Shown here: piece after piece, positions 19,471-29,630 of the stretch | Numbering within the stretch: the first letter of the stretch is position 1 | Layout of the letters: each line of letters opens with the position of its first letter | Assembly (NCBI RefSeq): GCF_044377215.1 | Contig: NZ_JBILJM010000010.1 | Coordinates: 13,276-77,275, forward strand | Reading direction: 5' to 3' | Length of the DNA stretch: 64,000 nucleotides | Source: Aquirufa sp. | GTDB lineage: Bacteria; Bacteroidota; Bacteroidia; Cytophagales; Spirosomataceae | The notes under the pieces: generated by a model | What the model was told of the DNA's origin: nothing | What the model saw: only the letters and a program-made list of their open reading frames with translations | Database searches by the model: none | Position numbers and translations under genes: made by a program

Positions 19471-21179
19471 ATCTGAATATTGACGCAATCAAAGCCATGA
19501 CCTATGACGCTATTGTGATAGGATCTGGTGTTTCTGGTGGTTATGCCGCTAAAGAATTAACCGAAAAAGGTATGCGAGTTCTTGTCCTGGAAAAAGGAAA
19601 GAAATTCGACCACGTTACTGCCTACGAGCCTAGCTATAAAGATCCATGGGATTTTAAATACAATGGTCTATTGACCAATGAGCAAAAAGCGTCTCACCCA
19701 AAACTTTCCCGCGACTATCCCTACAACGAGATGACCGAGAAATATTGGATGAACGACTCCGATGCCCTTTACAAAGAAGTTAAACGATTCGACTGGTTCC
19801 GTCCCGATATCGTAGGAGGAAAATCCATCATGTGGGGTCGCCAAACCTACCGCTTATCTGACATTGACTTTGAAGCTAATCTAAAGGACGGCATCGCGGT
19901 TGACTGGCCAATTCGCTACAAAGACATCGCACCTTGGTATTCATACGTAGAAAAACACGTAGGTATCTCAGGTGAAGCTTTGGGATTACCACAATTACCC
20001 GATTCTGAATTCTTGAAACCAATGGACATGTACTGCGTAGAAAAAGAAGTACGCCAGCGCATTGAAAAGAATTTCCCTGGTCGGAACATGACGATTGGTC
20101 GGGTGGCCAACTTATCTGAAGCCAAAGAAGCTCAATTAAAAATTGGCCGCTCAGCGTGCCAGTATCGTAATAAATGTAGACTAGGTTGTCCTTACGGCGC
20201 CTATTTCAGTTCGCAATCATGTACGTTACCTCCTGCAGCTAAAACAGGCTTGTTGACACTTCGCCCAGATTCTATCGTTTCTGAGATCTTGTTTGACAAC
20301 GCAAAACAAAAAGCGACAGGCGTTCGTGTAATCGATTCTGTAACCAAAGACGTACGTGAATATTTTGCAAAAATCATCTTTGTTTGCGGATCTACCGTAG
20401 CAACTACCGCTTTGTTACTAAACTCAAAATCATCCCGTTTCCAAAATGGATTAGGCAATGATTCAGGTGAGTTAGGGCACAATTTAATGGATCACCATTT
20501 CAAAATTGGCGCTTCCGGAACTTGGGAGGGTGGTGAAGATAAATACTACATAGGCCGACGGGCGAATGGAATTTACATTCCACGCTACCGGAATATCGGG
20601 AATGACAAGCGTGATTATTTACGTGGGTTTGGATACCAAGGTAGTGGATCAAGAGCTAGTTGGAATCGCGGTGCAAATGACATGAGTTTTGGCGCTGATT
20701 ACAAAGATGCGATGACGAAACCAGGCCCATGGGTGATGAACTTAGGCGGATTCGGAGAAACACTTCCGTATCACGATAACAAAATGTATTTGGATCCGAC
20801 AGATAAAGATAAGTGGGGAATTCCACTTGTCGTATTCGATGCTGAATTCAAAGAAAATGAGAAAAAGATGCGGAAGGATATGATGGAAGATGCCAAAGAA
20901 ATGTTGGAAAGCGCAGGCTTGAAAAACGTTCGCGCATTCGACAACGGTTCTTACCCAGGTATGGCTATCCACGAAATGGGAACAGCACGCATGGGCCGCG
21001 ATCCAAAAACTTCTGTGTTGAATGGAAATAACCAATTGCACGGCGTAAAGAATGTATTCGTAACGGATGGAGCTTGTATGACCTCAACGTCATGTGTCAA
21101 TCCGTCGCTGACCTATATGGCCTTAACCGCTCGGGCAGCTGATTTCGCAGTCAAAGAAATCAAAAAACGTAATCTTTAA
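19467..21179 (+). CDS. GMC family FAD oxidoreductase (glycoside 3-dehydrogenase/LacA-like)
   Basis: IGSGVSGG FAD motif, VGGKSIMWGRQ, GHNLMDH, HEMGTARMG and NPSLTYMAL; ATGA overlap with upstream gene. Confidence 0.88.
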   Translation: MNLNIDAIKAMTYDAIVIGSGVSGGYAAKELTEKGMRVLVLEKGKKFDHVTAYEPSYKDPWDFKYNGLLTNEQKASHPKLSRDYPYNEMTEKYWMNDSDALYKEVKRFDWFRPDIVGGKSIMWGRQTYRLSDIDFEANLKDGIAVDWPIRYKDIAPWYSYVEKHVGISGEALGLPQLPDSEFLKPMDMYCVEKEVRQRIEKNFPGRNMTIGRVANLSEAKEAQLKIGRSACQYRNKCRLGCPYGAYFSSQSCTLPPAAKTGLLTLRPDSIVSEILFDNAKQKATGVRVIDSVTKDVREYFAKIIFVCGSTVATTALLLNSKSSRFQNGLGNDSGELGHNLMDHHFKIGASGTWEGGEDKYYIGRRANGIYIPRYRNIGNDKRDYLRGFGYQGSGSRASWNRGANDMSFGADYKDAMTKPGPWVMNLGGFGETLPYHDNKMYLDPTDKDKWGIPLVVFDAEFKENEKKMRKDMMEDAKEMLESAGLKNVRAFDNGSYPGMAIHEMGTARMGRDPKTSVLNGNNQLHGVKNVFVTDGACMTSTSCVNPSLTYMALTARAADFAVKEIKKRNL

Positions 21180-21181
21180 TT

Positions 21182-21206
21182 AAATGGGCTTCGGCCCATT
21201 TTTTTT
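21182..21206 (+). terminator. Intrinsic terminator with UUCG loop
   Basis: AAATGGGC-TTCG-GCCCATTT followed by a T-run. Confidence 0.8.
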
Positions 21207-21211
21207 GTACC

Positions 21212-22201
21212 ATGAAAAAAATATTAGGAACCATAGGCCTCATGACATTAGGACTAAGCGCAATGGCACAATACCCAACAATAGGGAAAATCCACCGCTA
21301 TGACGCGGCACTGGATGCCTTAATAGACACAACAGCCAAAATAGAAATTGTGGCTAAAGGATTTACCTGGTCGGAAGGTCCCGTTTGGGTAAAAAAAGAA
21401 GGGTATTTGCTCTTCACAGATGTACCCGAAAATACCATTCACAAATGGACAGAAGCCAAAGGACTCGAGGTTTTCTTGAAACCTTCAGGTTATACAGGCA
21501 CAGGCGTTTACTCAGAAGAGCCCGGAGCAAATGGATTAATCATTAACTTGAAAGGCAATTTGGTCTCATGTGAACATGGGGATCGTCGGATTGCCGAAAT
21601 GCCCCTGAAGCGTCCCGATCAGAAAAAAACATTGGCGCATCTGTTTGAAGGCAAGCAGCTAAACAGCCCAAATGATCTCGTACAAAAGAAATCAGGCGAC
21701 TATTATTTTACGGATCCCCCATACGGATTACCTGGCCGAGGAAAACCAGAACCTGCCAAAGAACTTGATTATCAAGGCGTATATCGAATCAATACGAAAG
21801 GAGAAATCAGTTTACAGATCAAGAACTTAGGCCGACCGAACGGTCTGGCATTCAATCCTGATGAAAGCATTTTGTATGTGGGAACCTCTGAACGCCCGAC
21901 GCTCATTAATGCCTATCCAGTGGATAAAGCAGGAAATTTAGGCGAAGGTAACTTATTTTTCGATGCATCAGAATTGGCTAAGCAAGGTATACGAGGTGGC
22001 TACGATGGCATGAAGGTGGACGCAAAAGGAAATGTCTGGACTACGGGTCCAGGTGGCGTTTTGATTATTAATTCATCCGGAAAATTACTGGGCCGAATCG
22101 CAACAGGAAATGGAAATTCCAATGTGGCTTTTGGTGGAGCAGATGGAAAGTATTTATTCATCACCTCCGACATGAACTTACTTCGCGTAAAAATAAAATA
22201 G
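21212..22201 (+). CDS. SMP-30/gluconolactonase/LRE family protein, secreted
   Basis: WSEGPVW, GANGL, NSPNDL, FTDPPYGL and RPNGLAF motifs. Confidence 0.88.
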   Translation: MKKILGTIGLMTLGLSAMAQYPTIGKIHRYDAALDALIDTTAKIEIVAKGFTWSEGPVWVKKEGYLLFTDVPENTIHKWTEAKGLEVFLKPSGYTGTGVYSEEPGANGLIINLKGNLVSCEHGDRRIAEMPLKRPDQKKTLAHLFEGKQLNSPNDLVQKKSGDYYFTDPPYGLPGRGKPEPAKELDYQGVYRINTKGEISLQIKNLGRPNGLAFNPDESILYVGTSERPTLINAYPVDKAGNLGEGNLFFDASELAKQGIRGGYDGMKVDAKGNVWTTGPGGVLIINSSGKLLGRIATGNGNSNVAFGGADGKYLFITSDMNLLRVKIK

Positions 22202-22221
22202 GGGGCTTATGCCCCCTATTT
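22196..22221. terminator. Bidirectional terminator hairpin between convergent genes
   Basis: AAATAGGGGGC-TTAT-GCCCCCTATTT. Confidence 0.7.
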
Positions 22222-22223
22222 CT

Positions 22224-22931
22224 TTATAATTCTTTAATCTTAATATTTCGGTACCAAACTGGATTTCCGTGATCCTGCAAAGCAATACGTCCTTGCATAT
22301 TCACACCAAAACCCGGCATTGTTTTGAATTTGGAACCCGCAACCATCGCCTTCCAATTCGCATCATCCGTACGTGTTTCCACTACTTTTGATCCATTCAA
22401 ATATAATTGTAATAAACCGCGATTGTTCACAATGCGTGCCGTATTCCACTCACCTACAGGCTTAGTAACATTGACAGATGATTTGATTAAATCATACAAA
22501 TCACCCGAATTATGCTTGTTGATTTTCCCATCTGGATGACCAGCGTCGTCTAAAACCTGCATTTCAGGGCCTGTATTATAGGTACTACGGTATTTTATCG
22601 GATCTTCCGTTACATTGAAAATGATTCCACTATTGCCGTTTGGAGAAATTTTCCAATCCACCGAGAAATCATAATTTACATAAGCCGCATCCGTAATTAA
22701 ATCACCGCCGTCTTTTTTAGCTAAATCAAAGCCAATAACACCGTCCATAATTGTCCAAGAAGCACCTACTTTGCCGGGTTTGCCGTATGTATGCCAACCG
22801 TCAAATGTTTTTCCGTCAAACAATAATTTGAACCCAGCTTTCTTTTCTTGACGCGAAAGCGTGTTTACTGCTTGCCCGAATGCCATCAAACCCGATGCCA
22901 TACAAGCACAAATTAATATCATTTTTTTCAT
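22224..22931 (-). CDS. DUF1080 / 3-keto-disaccharide hydrolase family (start refined)
   Basis: LLFDGKTFDGW, GNSGI, GPEMQVLD, GEWN and IALQDHG..VWYRNIKIKEL motifs. Confidence 0.88.
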   Translation of the reverse strand: MKKMILICACMASGLMAFGQAVNTLSRQEKKAGFKLLFDGKTFDGWHTYGKPGKVGASWTIMDGVIGFDLAKKDGGDLITDAAYVNYDFSVDWKISPNGNSGIIFNVTEDPIKYRSTYNTGPEMQVLDDAGHPDGKINKHNSGDLYDLIKSSVNVTKPVGEWNTARIVNNRGLLQLYLNGSKVVETRTDDANWKAMVAGSKFKTMPGFGVNMQGRIALQDHGNPVWYRNIKIKEL

Positions 22932-23056
22932 GTGAATAAATAAGTTTTTGAATTGCAATACTAAAAAAAGAAATCAATACTTGTATCCCTCGACCCAATA
23001 ATTCCAGAGAAACCCTCCAAATTTATTTGTAAATTGCACGCTTATTCAATAAACGT

Positions 23057-24379
23057 ATGAAAACCAAAGTAAGTCCGAAGCCATCCATTAACATCGTAAC
23101 ACTCGGTTGTTCGAAGAATCTCGTTGATTCCGAAGTCTTATTTACGCAGTTAAAGGGCAACGGCATTGAAGTTACACATGAAGCCAAAAAAGATACCGCA
23201 AACATTGTTGTTGTCAATACATGTGGATTTATCGATACCGCCAAACAAGAATCAATTGATACCATTTTACGCTATGCAGATGCCAAAGAAGCAGGTAAAA
23301 TCGACAAATTGTATGTAACAGGCTGTTTATCACACCGGTATAAAGATGATTTAGAAAAAGAAATTCCAATGGTCGATTCGTTCTTTGGGACAAATGAATT
23401 ACCTCGTTTATTGAAAGCATTAAAAGCTGATTATAAGCATGAGCTGGTAGGTGAGCGTTTATTAACCACCCCAGCGCACTATGCCTATTTGAAAATTGCA
23501 GAAGGCTGCGATCGCCCATGTAGTTTTTGCGCCATCCCATTAATGCGCGGCGGACACGTGTCGCGTCCTATGGATGAATTAGTCAAAGAAGCGACATCAT
23601 TAGCTAAAAAAGGAACAAAAGAATTAATCCTTATTGCCCAAGATCTGACTTTTTACGGATTGGATTTGAAGGGTGAAGGAAAATCAGGCCGACAATTAAA
23701 AGAATTGTTGGAACGTTTATCCGACGTTCAAGGCATCGAATGGATTCGCCTACAATACGCATATCCAGCAGGTTTCCCGATGGAGATTTTAAAAACGATG
23801 GCTGAGCGTGAAAATATTTGCAACTACCTAGACATGCCACTTCAAAGTGGTTCCGATGCCATGCTGAAACACATGCGCCGCGGAATTACGCGTGAAAAGA
23901 CCGAACAACTCATCACGGACATTCGCGAAAAAGTGCCCGGAATTGCCTTGCGTACAACGCTAATCTCCGGTTATCCCGGCGAAACGGAAACTGATTTCGA
24001 AGAAACCTATTCATTCGTAGAACGGATGCGTTTTGACCGATTAGGGATCTTTAATTATTCACACGAAGAAAATACCCATGCTTATTTAGTTGAGGATAAT
24101 GTACCTGAAGAAGTCAAGCAAGAACGTTCGGATGAGATTATGGCGCTCCAACAAGGCATTTCGGAGGAATTAAATCAATTGAAAATCGGCCGAACTTTCA
24201 AAGTGATGGTGGACCGGAAAGAGAGTGGTTTCTTCGTAGGTCGAACGGAGCATGATTCCCCAGAGGTGGATAATGAAGTCTTAATTCCAGCCGCACAATA
24301 TGCCCGACAGGGAGATTTTGTTCAGGTGAAAATCAACAAAGCAGAGGAATTCGACTTATACGGCGATATCGTTTCTTAG
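23057..24379 (+). CDS. rimO: Ribosomal protein S12 methylthiotransferase
   Basis: TLGCSKNLVDSE, EGCDRPCSFC radical-SAM motif, C-terminal TRAM domain with DSPEVD. Confidence 0.94.
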   Translation: MKTKVSPKPSINIVTLGCSKNLVDSEVLFTQLKGNGIEVTHEAKKDTANIVVVNTCGFIDTAKQESIDTILRYADAKEAGKIDKLYVTGCLSHRYKDDLEKEIPMVDSFFGTNELPRLLKALKADYKHELVGERLLTTPAHYAYLKIAEGCDRPCSFCAIPLMRGGHVSRPMDELVKEATSLAKKGTKELILIAQDLTFYGLDLKGEGKSGRQLKELLERLSDVQGIEWIRLQYAYPAGFPMEILKTMAERENICNYLDMPLQSGSDAMLKHMRRGITREKTEQLITDIREKVPGIALRTTLISGYPGETETDFEETYSFVERMRFDRLGIFNYSHEENTHAYLVEDNVPEEVKQERSDEIMALQQGISEELNQLKIGRTFKVMVDRKESGFFVGRTEHDSPEVDNEVLIPAAQYARQGDFVQVKINKAEEFDLYGDIVS

Positions 24380-25449
24380 TATCGTGGAATGGATTTATCC
24401 ACTTCCCGCGCCCAAGCATCTATCCCACCAGCTACATTCAGCAGATTCGAGAAGCCTTGCGCTTGCAAATGTTTGAGCACATACATGGAGCGCATGCCAT
24501 GATGACATAAAACGACTCCTTTAGCTTCCCTTGGGATCAGGTCTATTTGTAAGGAATTCATCGGCATTTGAATCGAGCTAGGTAAACTCGCTAAATCCCA
24601 CTCAAACGGCTCCCGAACATCCAGTATAAATTGAATATCGCCCGTTTGTAAACGAGAAGCAGCTTCCGAAGTGGAAATTTCAATGACCTCTGCAACTTTG
24701 GTAGGAAAAATTTGTTCGACCGCATTTGCAGATCTTTCCATCCGAAACATCTGCATGCGCATGCTGCGTACGTCCCAACGAAGCAAATGATTTTGCGCGG
24801 GGGAATCCATGCCACTTAAATAAAATATCGCTTCTTTGGCTTGCATTAAACCCAACATCCCTGGCAAAAATCCGAGTACACCTGCCTCGTCGCAGTTTGG
24901 AATCTCGCCAGCACTAGGTTCTTCTGGAAATAAACAACGGTACGTAGGGCCCGTTCCGAACGCATTACAAACGGCCAATTGCCCTTCCCATGTATGAATC
25001 GCCGCATAAACAAATGCCTTGCCAAACTTCACGCAACTATCATTAATTAAATAACGTGTTTCAAAATTATCTGTGCAATCGATGACGAGATCGACATCGT
25101 TAACGAGCGTATGATTTGCCAACGAAAATTTCGCTGCAATTGCCTCAACTGACACATGTGGATTCAAGGACTCGACAAAAGCTTTGGCTAACAACGCCTT
25201 CGATTGCCCCACCTGATCCGTTCGGTAGATGGTTTGGCGGCCTAAATTACTCAACTCAACATCATCATGATCCACAATCGTTAGTTGGCCCACCCCAGCC
25301 GCAGCCAAGTAAGGAATGGCCGCCACACCCAAACCACCAGCCCCAATAACTAACACATGAGCATTTTTGAGGCGTACTTGCTTCGCTTCATCCCATTCGG
25401 GAATAGCGAGTTGTTTTTGGTATCGATTGGTTTCTTCGTGCGTCAACAT
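24376..25449 (-). CDS. MoeB/ThiF E1-like adenylyltransferase fused to a rhodanese domain
   Basis: IGAGGLG, SNLGRQ, DCTDNF..RY, YRCLFP, NCDEAGVLG; C-terminal DVREP..CHHGMRS rhodanese. Confidence 0.88.
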   Translation of the reverse strand: MLTHEETNRYQKQLAIPEWDEAKQVRLKNAHVLVIGAGGLGVAAIPYLAAAGVGQLTIVDHDDVELSNLGRQTIYRTDQVGQSKALLAKAFVESLNPHVSVEAIAAKFSLANHTLVNDVDLVIDCTDNFETRYLINDSCVKFGKAFVYAAIHTWEGQLAVCNAFGTGPTYRCLFPEEPSAGEIPNCDEAGVLGFLPGMLGLMQAKEAIFYLSGMDSPAQNHLLRWDVRSMRMQMFRMERSANAVEQIFPTKVAEVIEISTSEAASRLQTGDIQFILDVREPFEWDLASLPSSIQMPMNSLQIDLIPREAKGVVLCHHGMRSMYVLKHLQAQGFSNLLNVAGGIDAWAREVDKSIPRY

Positions 25450-25454
25450 GAGTA

Positions 25455-25487
25455 AATAAAAAAAGCCTCCTTGGTTTCAAGGAGGCT
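25455..25487 (-). terminator. Intrinsic terminator after rpmB
   Basis: AGCCTCCTTG/CAAGGAGGCT stem, with T-run on the minus strand. Confidence 0.75.
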
Positions 25488-25513
25488 AATTTCGGTAAAA
25501 ATCTTGATATATT

Positions 25514-25753
25514 TTAGATCGACAAAGTACCCTTACGAGCCGCAGCGATTAAAGTCTTCTCGAAACCGTTTTTGTTGATTGTACGAATTGCTTTTGCACA
25601 TACTTTCATACGTACCCAAACACCTTCAGACTCCAAGAAAAACTTTTTAGTATGCAAGTTTGGATAAAACTTACGCTTTGTCTTGTTATTCGCGTGAGAT
25701 ACGTGATTACCCACTTGAGTTTTCTTTCCAGTTAATTGACAAACCTTTGCCAT
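25514..25753 (-). CDS. rpmB: 50S ribosomal protein L28
   Basis: CQLTGK..GNHVSHANNKTKRKFYPNL. Confidence 0.95.
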   Translation of the reverse strand: MAKVCQLTGKKTQVGNHVSHANNKTKRKFYPNLHTKKFFLESEGVWVRMKVCAKAIRTINKNGFEKTLIAAARKGTLSI

Positions 25754-25811
25754 AATATGTTCTTTTTAAAATTGAATGCGCTGTAAAAACTATTTCCCCT
25801 AAAAGGGATTG

Positions 25812-25819
25812 CAAAAGTA
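25812..25819 (-). promoter_or_regulatory. -7 box TACTTTTG for rpmB
   Basis: CAAAAGTA on + strand upstream of rpmB. Confidence 0.5.
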
Positions 25820-25890
25820 GGAAATAAATTGAAAAATCCCAAAGGTCTTTACAAAATTTATAAAATGCATTTCAATGTGTATCTTTGGGC

Positions 25891-27003
25891 ATGGTAAAGC
25901 GCAAGCAAGAAGAACCAGTATTCACTAAAATCGTCTCCTCCATCATCTGGTTGGGGACTTTGCCTTTGTGCCTTTATACGCTCCTCACCTACTTATTGAG
26001 TTATTCTTTAGTCATCGATCACTGGCTAGCCGGTTTTATCATGATGACCTTGCCTTACGCGCAAATCCTATGTTTTATCTCGTTGGTATACTGGATTTTT
26101 CGTCGGGCCAAACGCGCTTTACTTCCCCTGCTCGTTTTAGCGCTCGGATACAGTTTTATTCAACGTAGTTTTTCGTGGAAGACACCCGTCAAATCTCCGA
26201 AATCAGCGATTCGCGTAATGAGTTACAATGTGTATGGGATGTATTCCAATAGCTTTGAGGCGAATAAAGAGAAGGTAAAAAACTTGAAAAAGTTTATGTT
26301 GGACCACGCGGCCGACGTAAAATGTTTCCAAGAATTTTATTCCCATGCGGATCGGAAAGCGTATCGGACGATCAACATGATGAAGGAAAATTATCCGCAT
26401 TACGCTTTTATCCCCTTAAAGGAAGAATTATTTGATACCAATGAAAAAATGGGGCTTGCCATCTTTTCAAAATACCCCATCATTCATCAAGAAGGAAAAC
26501 AATTCGGGAATTCGGCTAACGGTTATTTATATGCTGACATTGTTGCGGAAAAAGACACCTTTCGAATTATCAACGTGCAACTTTGGTCGATGGGAATTCG
26601 TGTCGGGAAGGTGACAGGAAAAATCAGAGATCAAGATTACGAAGATGCCAAACGTGAAGGACGGGGTATCGTCGCATCCTTGCGCAAGGGATTTATCCAC
26701 CACAAAGATGAAATGACTCAGATTAATCGGCTTATCCAACAAAGCTTATATCCGGTGATTTTAGTCGGGGACTTGAACGAGACGCCGTATGGCTGGGCGT
26801 ATGGAACTTTACGGGAACGTTTGAAAAATTCGTTTGAGGAAGCGGGACGCGGATTTGGTTTTACCTTAAATCGAAGTCCCTATTTAGTTCGGATTGACAA
26901 CCAATTCTGCTCGACGGAATGGCAAGTCACGCAGTTTAGAACGCTACGAAATGTTAGCTATACAGACCACTTTCCGGTTATCGCGGACTACACGTTAAAA
27001 TAG
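25891..27003 (+). CDS. Endonuclease/exonuclease/phosphatase family membrane protein (start refined)
   Basis: Three N-terminal TM segments; VMSYNV, CFQEF, GDLNETP, RIDNQF and TDHFPV motifs. Confidence 0.88.
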   Translation: MVKRKQEEPVFTKIVSSIIWLGTLPLCLYTLLTYLLSYSLVIDHWLAGFIMMTLPYAQILCFISLVYWIFRRAKRALLPLLVLALGYSFIQRSFSWKTPVKSPKSAIRVMSYNVYGMYSNSFEANKEKVKNLKKFMLDHAADVKCFQEFYSHADRKAYRTINMMKENYPHYAFIPLKEELFDTNEKMGLAIFSKYPIIHQEGKQFGNSANGYLYADIVAEKDTFRIINVQLWSMGIRVGKVTGKIRDQDYEDAKREGRGIVASLRKGFIHHKDEMTQINRLIQQSLYPVILVGDLNETPYGWAYGTLRERLKNSFEEAGRGFGFTLNRSPYLVRIDNQFCSTEWQVTQFRTLRNVSYTDHFPVIADYTLK

Positions 27004-27023
27004 TTTATTTTTGCTTCATACAA

Positions 27024-28343
27024 ATGAAGAAAAATTCAACAAACCAACTCTGGAAAGTATTAGGCACCAGCTTTAGCATCGCCGTTACGATAGGTGGCAC
27101 CGTGGGCACAGGCATATTGCGCAAACCAGGGCCCATTGCAGAGCAATTACACAATCCCTTTCTCATTATCGTTTTATGGATAGCTGTGGCCATCTATGCA
27201 CTTTTAGGTGTGAGTTGCGTTTTGGAATTAAGCTTATCCATTCCCAAAGCAGGTGCTTGGTATGGGTATGCAGAACGCGCCTTTGGTAGGTATGTCGGAT
27301 TTATTGTGGGCCTAAGTTCTTGGCTCGGAACCGTAAGTGCGCTAGGATTCGGCTCCTATACGTTTAGTGAATATTTAGGGCTTTTGATTCCCGCATTAGA
27401 ACCCTATGTTATCTATTGTGCGATAGGGATTTTGGTTGTGTTGTGGAGTTTTCACCAGTTAGGCGTCATCCTGGCTGGCCGGTCACAAGAATGGCTAAGT
27501 GGAATTAAAGCTGTCGCTTTACTACTTTTTATTGGTATCTGTTTTCGGTATGGTGAAGGGGGCGTTTGGGCCGAAAATGCACCAATTCCAAGTCAGAGTA
27601 CCCTCTGGTCGGGAATTCTAGCAGCCCTACTATCCATTTTCTATGCATTTGACGGTTGGCATACCGCTGCTTATTTTACGGAGGAAAATAAAGACCCCGT
27701 AAACACCATGCCCAAATCCATGTTTATTGGTGTCATCTTAGTAGCCATTATCTATGTTTTGATCAATGCAGGGATATTATACACGATGTCACTTGCTGAT
27801 TTAAGCCAAAGCAAATTAGCGGCTTCTGACGCGATTGGGCACTATTTTGGACCGGGAGCCGGTCGGTGGATTACCACTTTTTTAATGCTCAGTATCCTGG
27901 GAATTTTAAATACACAGGTCATGTTTGCTCCGCGGGTGATCTTCTCCATGAGCCGCGATGGCTTATTTTTTCCGCAAGCTTCACGTGTGAATGCGGCAGG
28001 TAGTCCAACCTTTGCCACGCACTTGACGGTGGGAACGGCCTGTTTATTTTTGTTTAGTAGCAAGGCTATTAGTGACCGACTTTCAGATATTGCAACCTTC
28101 TTTTTTGTAGCTAGTTATTTGGCAGGATTTGCTTCGTTGATTCGCTTGCGAAAAATTGAGCCTGAGCTTCACCGACCATATCGCGTATGGGCCTATCCAT
28201 TTTTACCCTGGTTATTGGTATTTATTTCAACTGCATTTCTAGTGGGGACTTTGGTGCAAAACTTGAGTAGCCTACCCTTCGTAGGACTATTCATGCTCGT
28301 CAGTTATGTAATTTATACATTCGTTTTAACGAAGCGCGTTTAA
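27024..28343 (+). CDS. APC family amino acid permease
   Basis: GGTVGTGI TM1 motif, FYAFDGW, RPYRVWAYP; about 12 TM segments. Confidence 0.88.
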   Translation: MKKNSTNQLWKVLGTSFSIAVTIGGTVGTGILRKPGPIAEQLHNPFLIIVLWIAVAIYALLGVSCVLELSLSIPKAGAWYGYAERAFGRYVGFIVGLSSWLGTVSALGFGSYTFSEYLGLLIPALEPYVIYCAIGILVVLWSFHQLGVILAGRSQEWLSGIKAVALLLFIGICFRYGEGGVWAENAPIPSQSTLWSGILAALLSIFYAFDGWHTAAYFTEENKDPVNTMPKSMFIGVILVAIIYVLINAGILYTMSLADLSQSKLAASDAIGHYFGPGAGRWITTFLMLSILGILNTQVMFAPRVIFSMSRDGLFFPQASRVNAAGSPTFATHLTVGTACLFLFSSKAISDRLSDIATFFFVASYLAGFASLIRLRKIEPELHRPYRVWAYPFLPWLLVFISTAFLVGTLVQNLSSLPFVGLFMLVSYVIYTFVLTKRV

Positions 28344-29567
28344 CAACGTAATCACATCCGCCTTACTCGCAGCAACCGACCGATTGGCCAAATTTGATAG
28401 GATACTAAAGCGGTACATCTTGCCTTTGGCATCCTGGTAAAAACCAGAAAGATCATACGTATTTCCAAATGAGCCCGACTTAGCCCAAGCCGTTCCGTGA
28501 TGGAGTTTAACATTGCGCATCGTACCTGATCGTCCTGATTGCGGCAATAACACTTTCAATTTTTCCATGGAAACCTCATTTTCCAATTCCCGTAGGATCT
28601 GAATCAAGTCTGTTGGCCGCACCAAATTATAGCGCGACAAACCCGAACCATCCACCCAGCGGAGGTCGGCAACCACCGAATTTTCCTTTTTTAATTGCTC
28701 AATGATTTTGGCAGTGGGCCCTGTCCAACCACGTTTCGCGGCGATTAAATACAACAATTGTTCCGCAATTTGATTGTCGCTCGTATACATCATGGGAACA
28801 ATTAGGCTGTCGACGAGTCCCGTATACTGGATTTTTGCGGCAGCAGGTATCGCGCGCGTTTGTGTCACGATTGATTTCTGCAAGGTATCCGCTAATAAAC
28901 GGGCCGTCAATTCCACCGAGGTCATAAATGGGATGGCTTGTTTAGGATAGGCCGTGGTATCGGGCAAATCTAGGTGGTTGGAGTCACGCGCACGCAACAC
29001 CTCTTTTTGCTTGGTGATGCGTATATCTTGGCTAAATCGTTTGGGTGAAATCTGCCAAACACCCTCCTTTTTTTGTACACTAATTTGATTGTTGTACAGC
29101 GGCAATTGCGAAATTTCCGCTGAATAATCATCATTATAATCATCCCAAGCCCAGCCATCACCTAAGGCTTTTACGTGACGTGCATCGTCTGCATAAACGA
29201 GTACTTTCGCGCTTGCTTGTAATTTTTTTAATAAGGCATCGCCCTTTAGTTTGGGATGAAATAAACTAGGATCACCCGTGCCCCAGAAAAACAGGCTATC
29301 GGCGGTTTCAAAGTATTTGAATGACGGAATGGAATCGAAAAGATTTCGTTTAGCGAGGAGCATGGTGGCCAACTTCATATTGGAAGCGGGCATAAAAAAC
29401 TGATCAGCCTGATAGGTGAATACGGTATTTCCCGTGGCAACTTCTTCAATGAGTACGCCACTGAATTGCTTGGGAAGTGAGGTTGAATGAAAGGCTTTTT
29501 TGACGCGAAGCGAGGTGCATGAACTTAAGAAGGCCAACAAAACTACGAGGTAGGTTAATTTAGTCAT
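28326..29567 (-). CDS. dacB: D-alanyl-D-alanine carboxypeptidase/endopeptidase (S13), lipoprotein
   Basis: PASNMKL (SxxK), SDN, DGSGLSRYN and AKSGS motifs; LSSC lipobox. Confidence 0.88.
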   Translation of the reverse strand: MTKLTYLVVLLAFLSSCTSLRVKKAFHSTSLPKQFSGVLIEEVATGNTVFTYQADQFFMPASNMKLATMLLAKRNLFDSIPSFKYFETADSLFFWGTGDPSLFHPKLKGDALLKKLQASAKVLVYADDARHVKALGDGWAWDDYNDDYSAEISQLPLYNNQISVQKKEGVWQISPKRFSQDIRITKQKEVLRARDSNHLDLPDTTAYPKQAIPFMTSVELTARLLADTLQKSIVTQTRAIPAAAKIQYTGLVDSLIVPMMYTSDNQIAEQLLYLIAAKRGWTGPTAKIIEQLKKENSVVADLRWVDGSGLSRYNLVRPTDLIQILRELENEVSMEKLKVLLPQSGRSGTMRNVKLHHGTAWAKSGSFGNTYDLSGFYQDAKGKMYRFSILSNLANRSVAASKADVITLLNALR

Positions 29568-29630
29568 GCGTCAAATTTGGTCTTTAAAGGTACCAAAAAT
29601 TCTGTATTTTCGCGTTTTCGCTCTGTGTAG

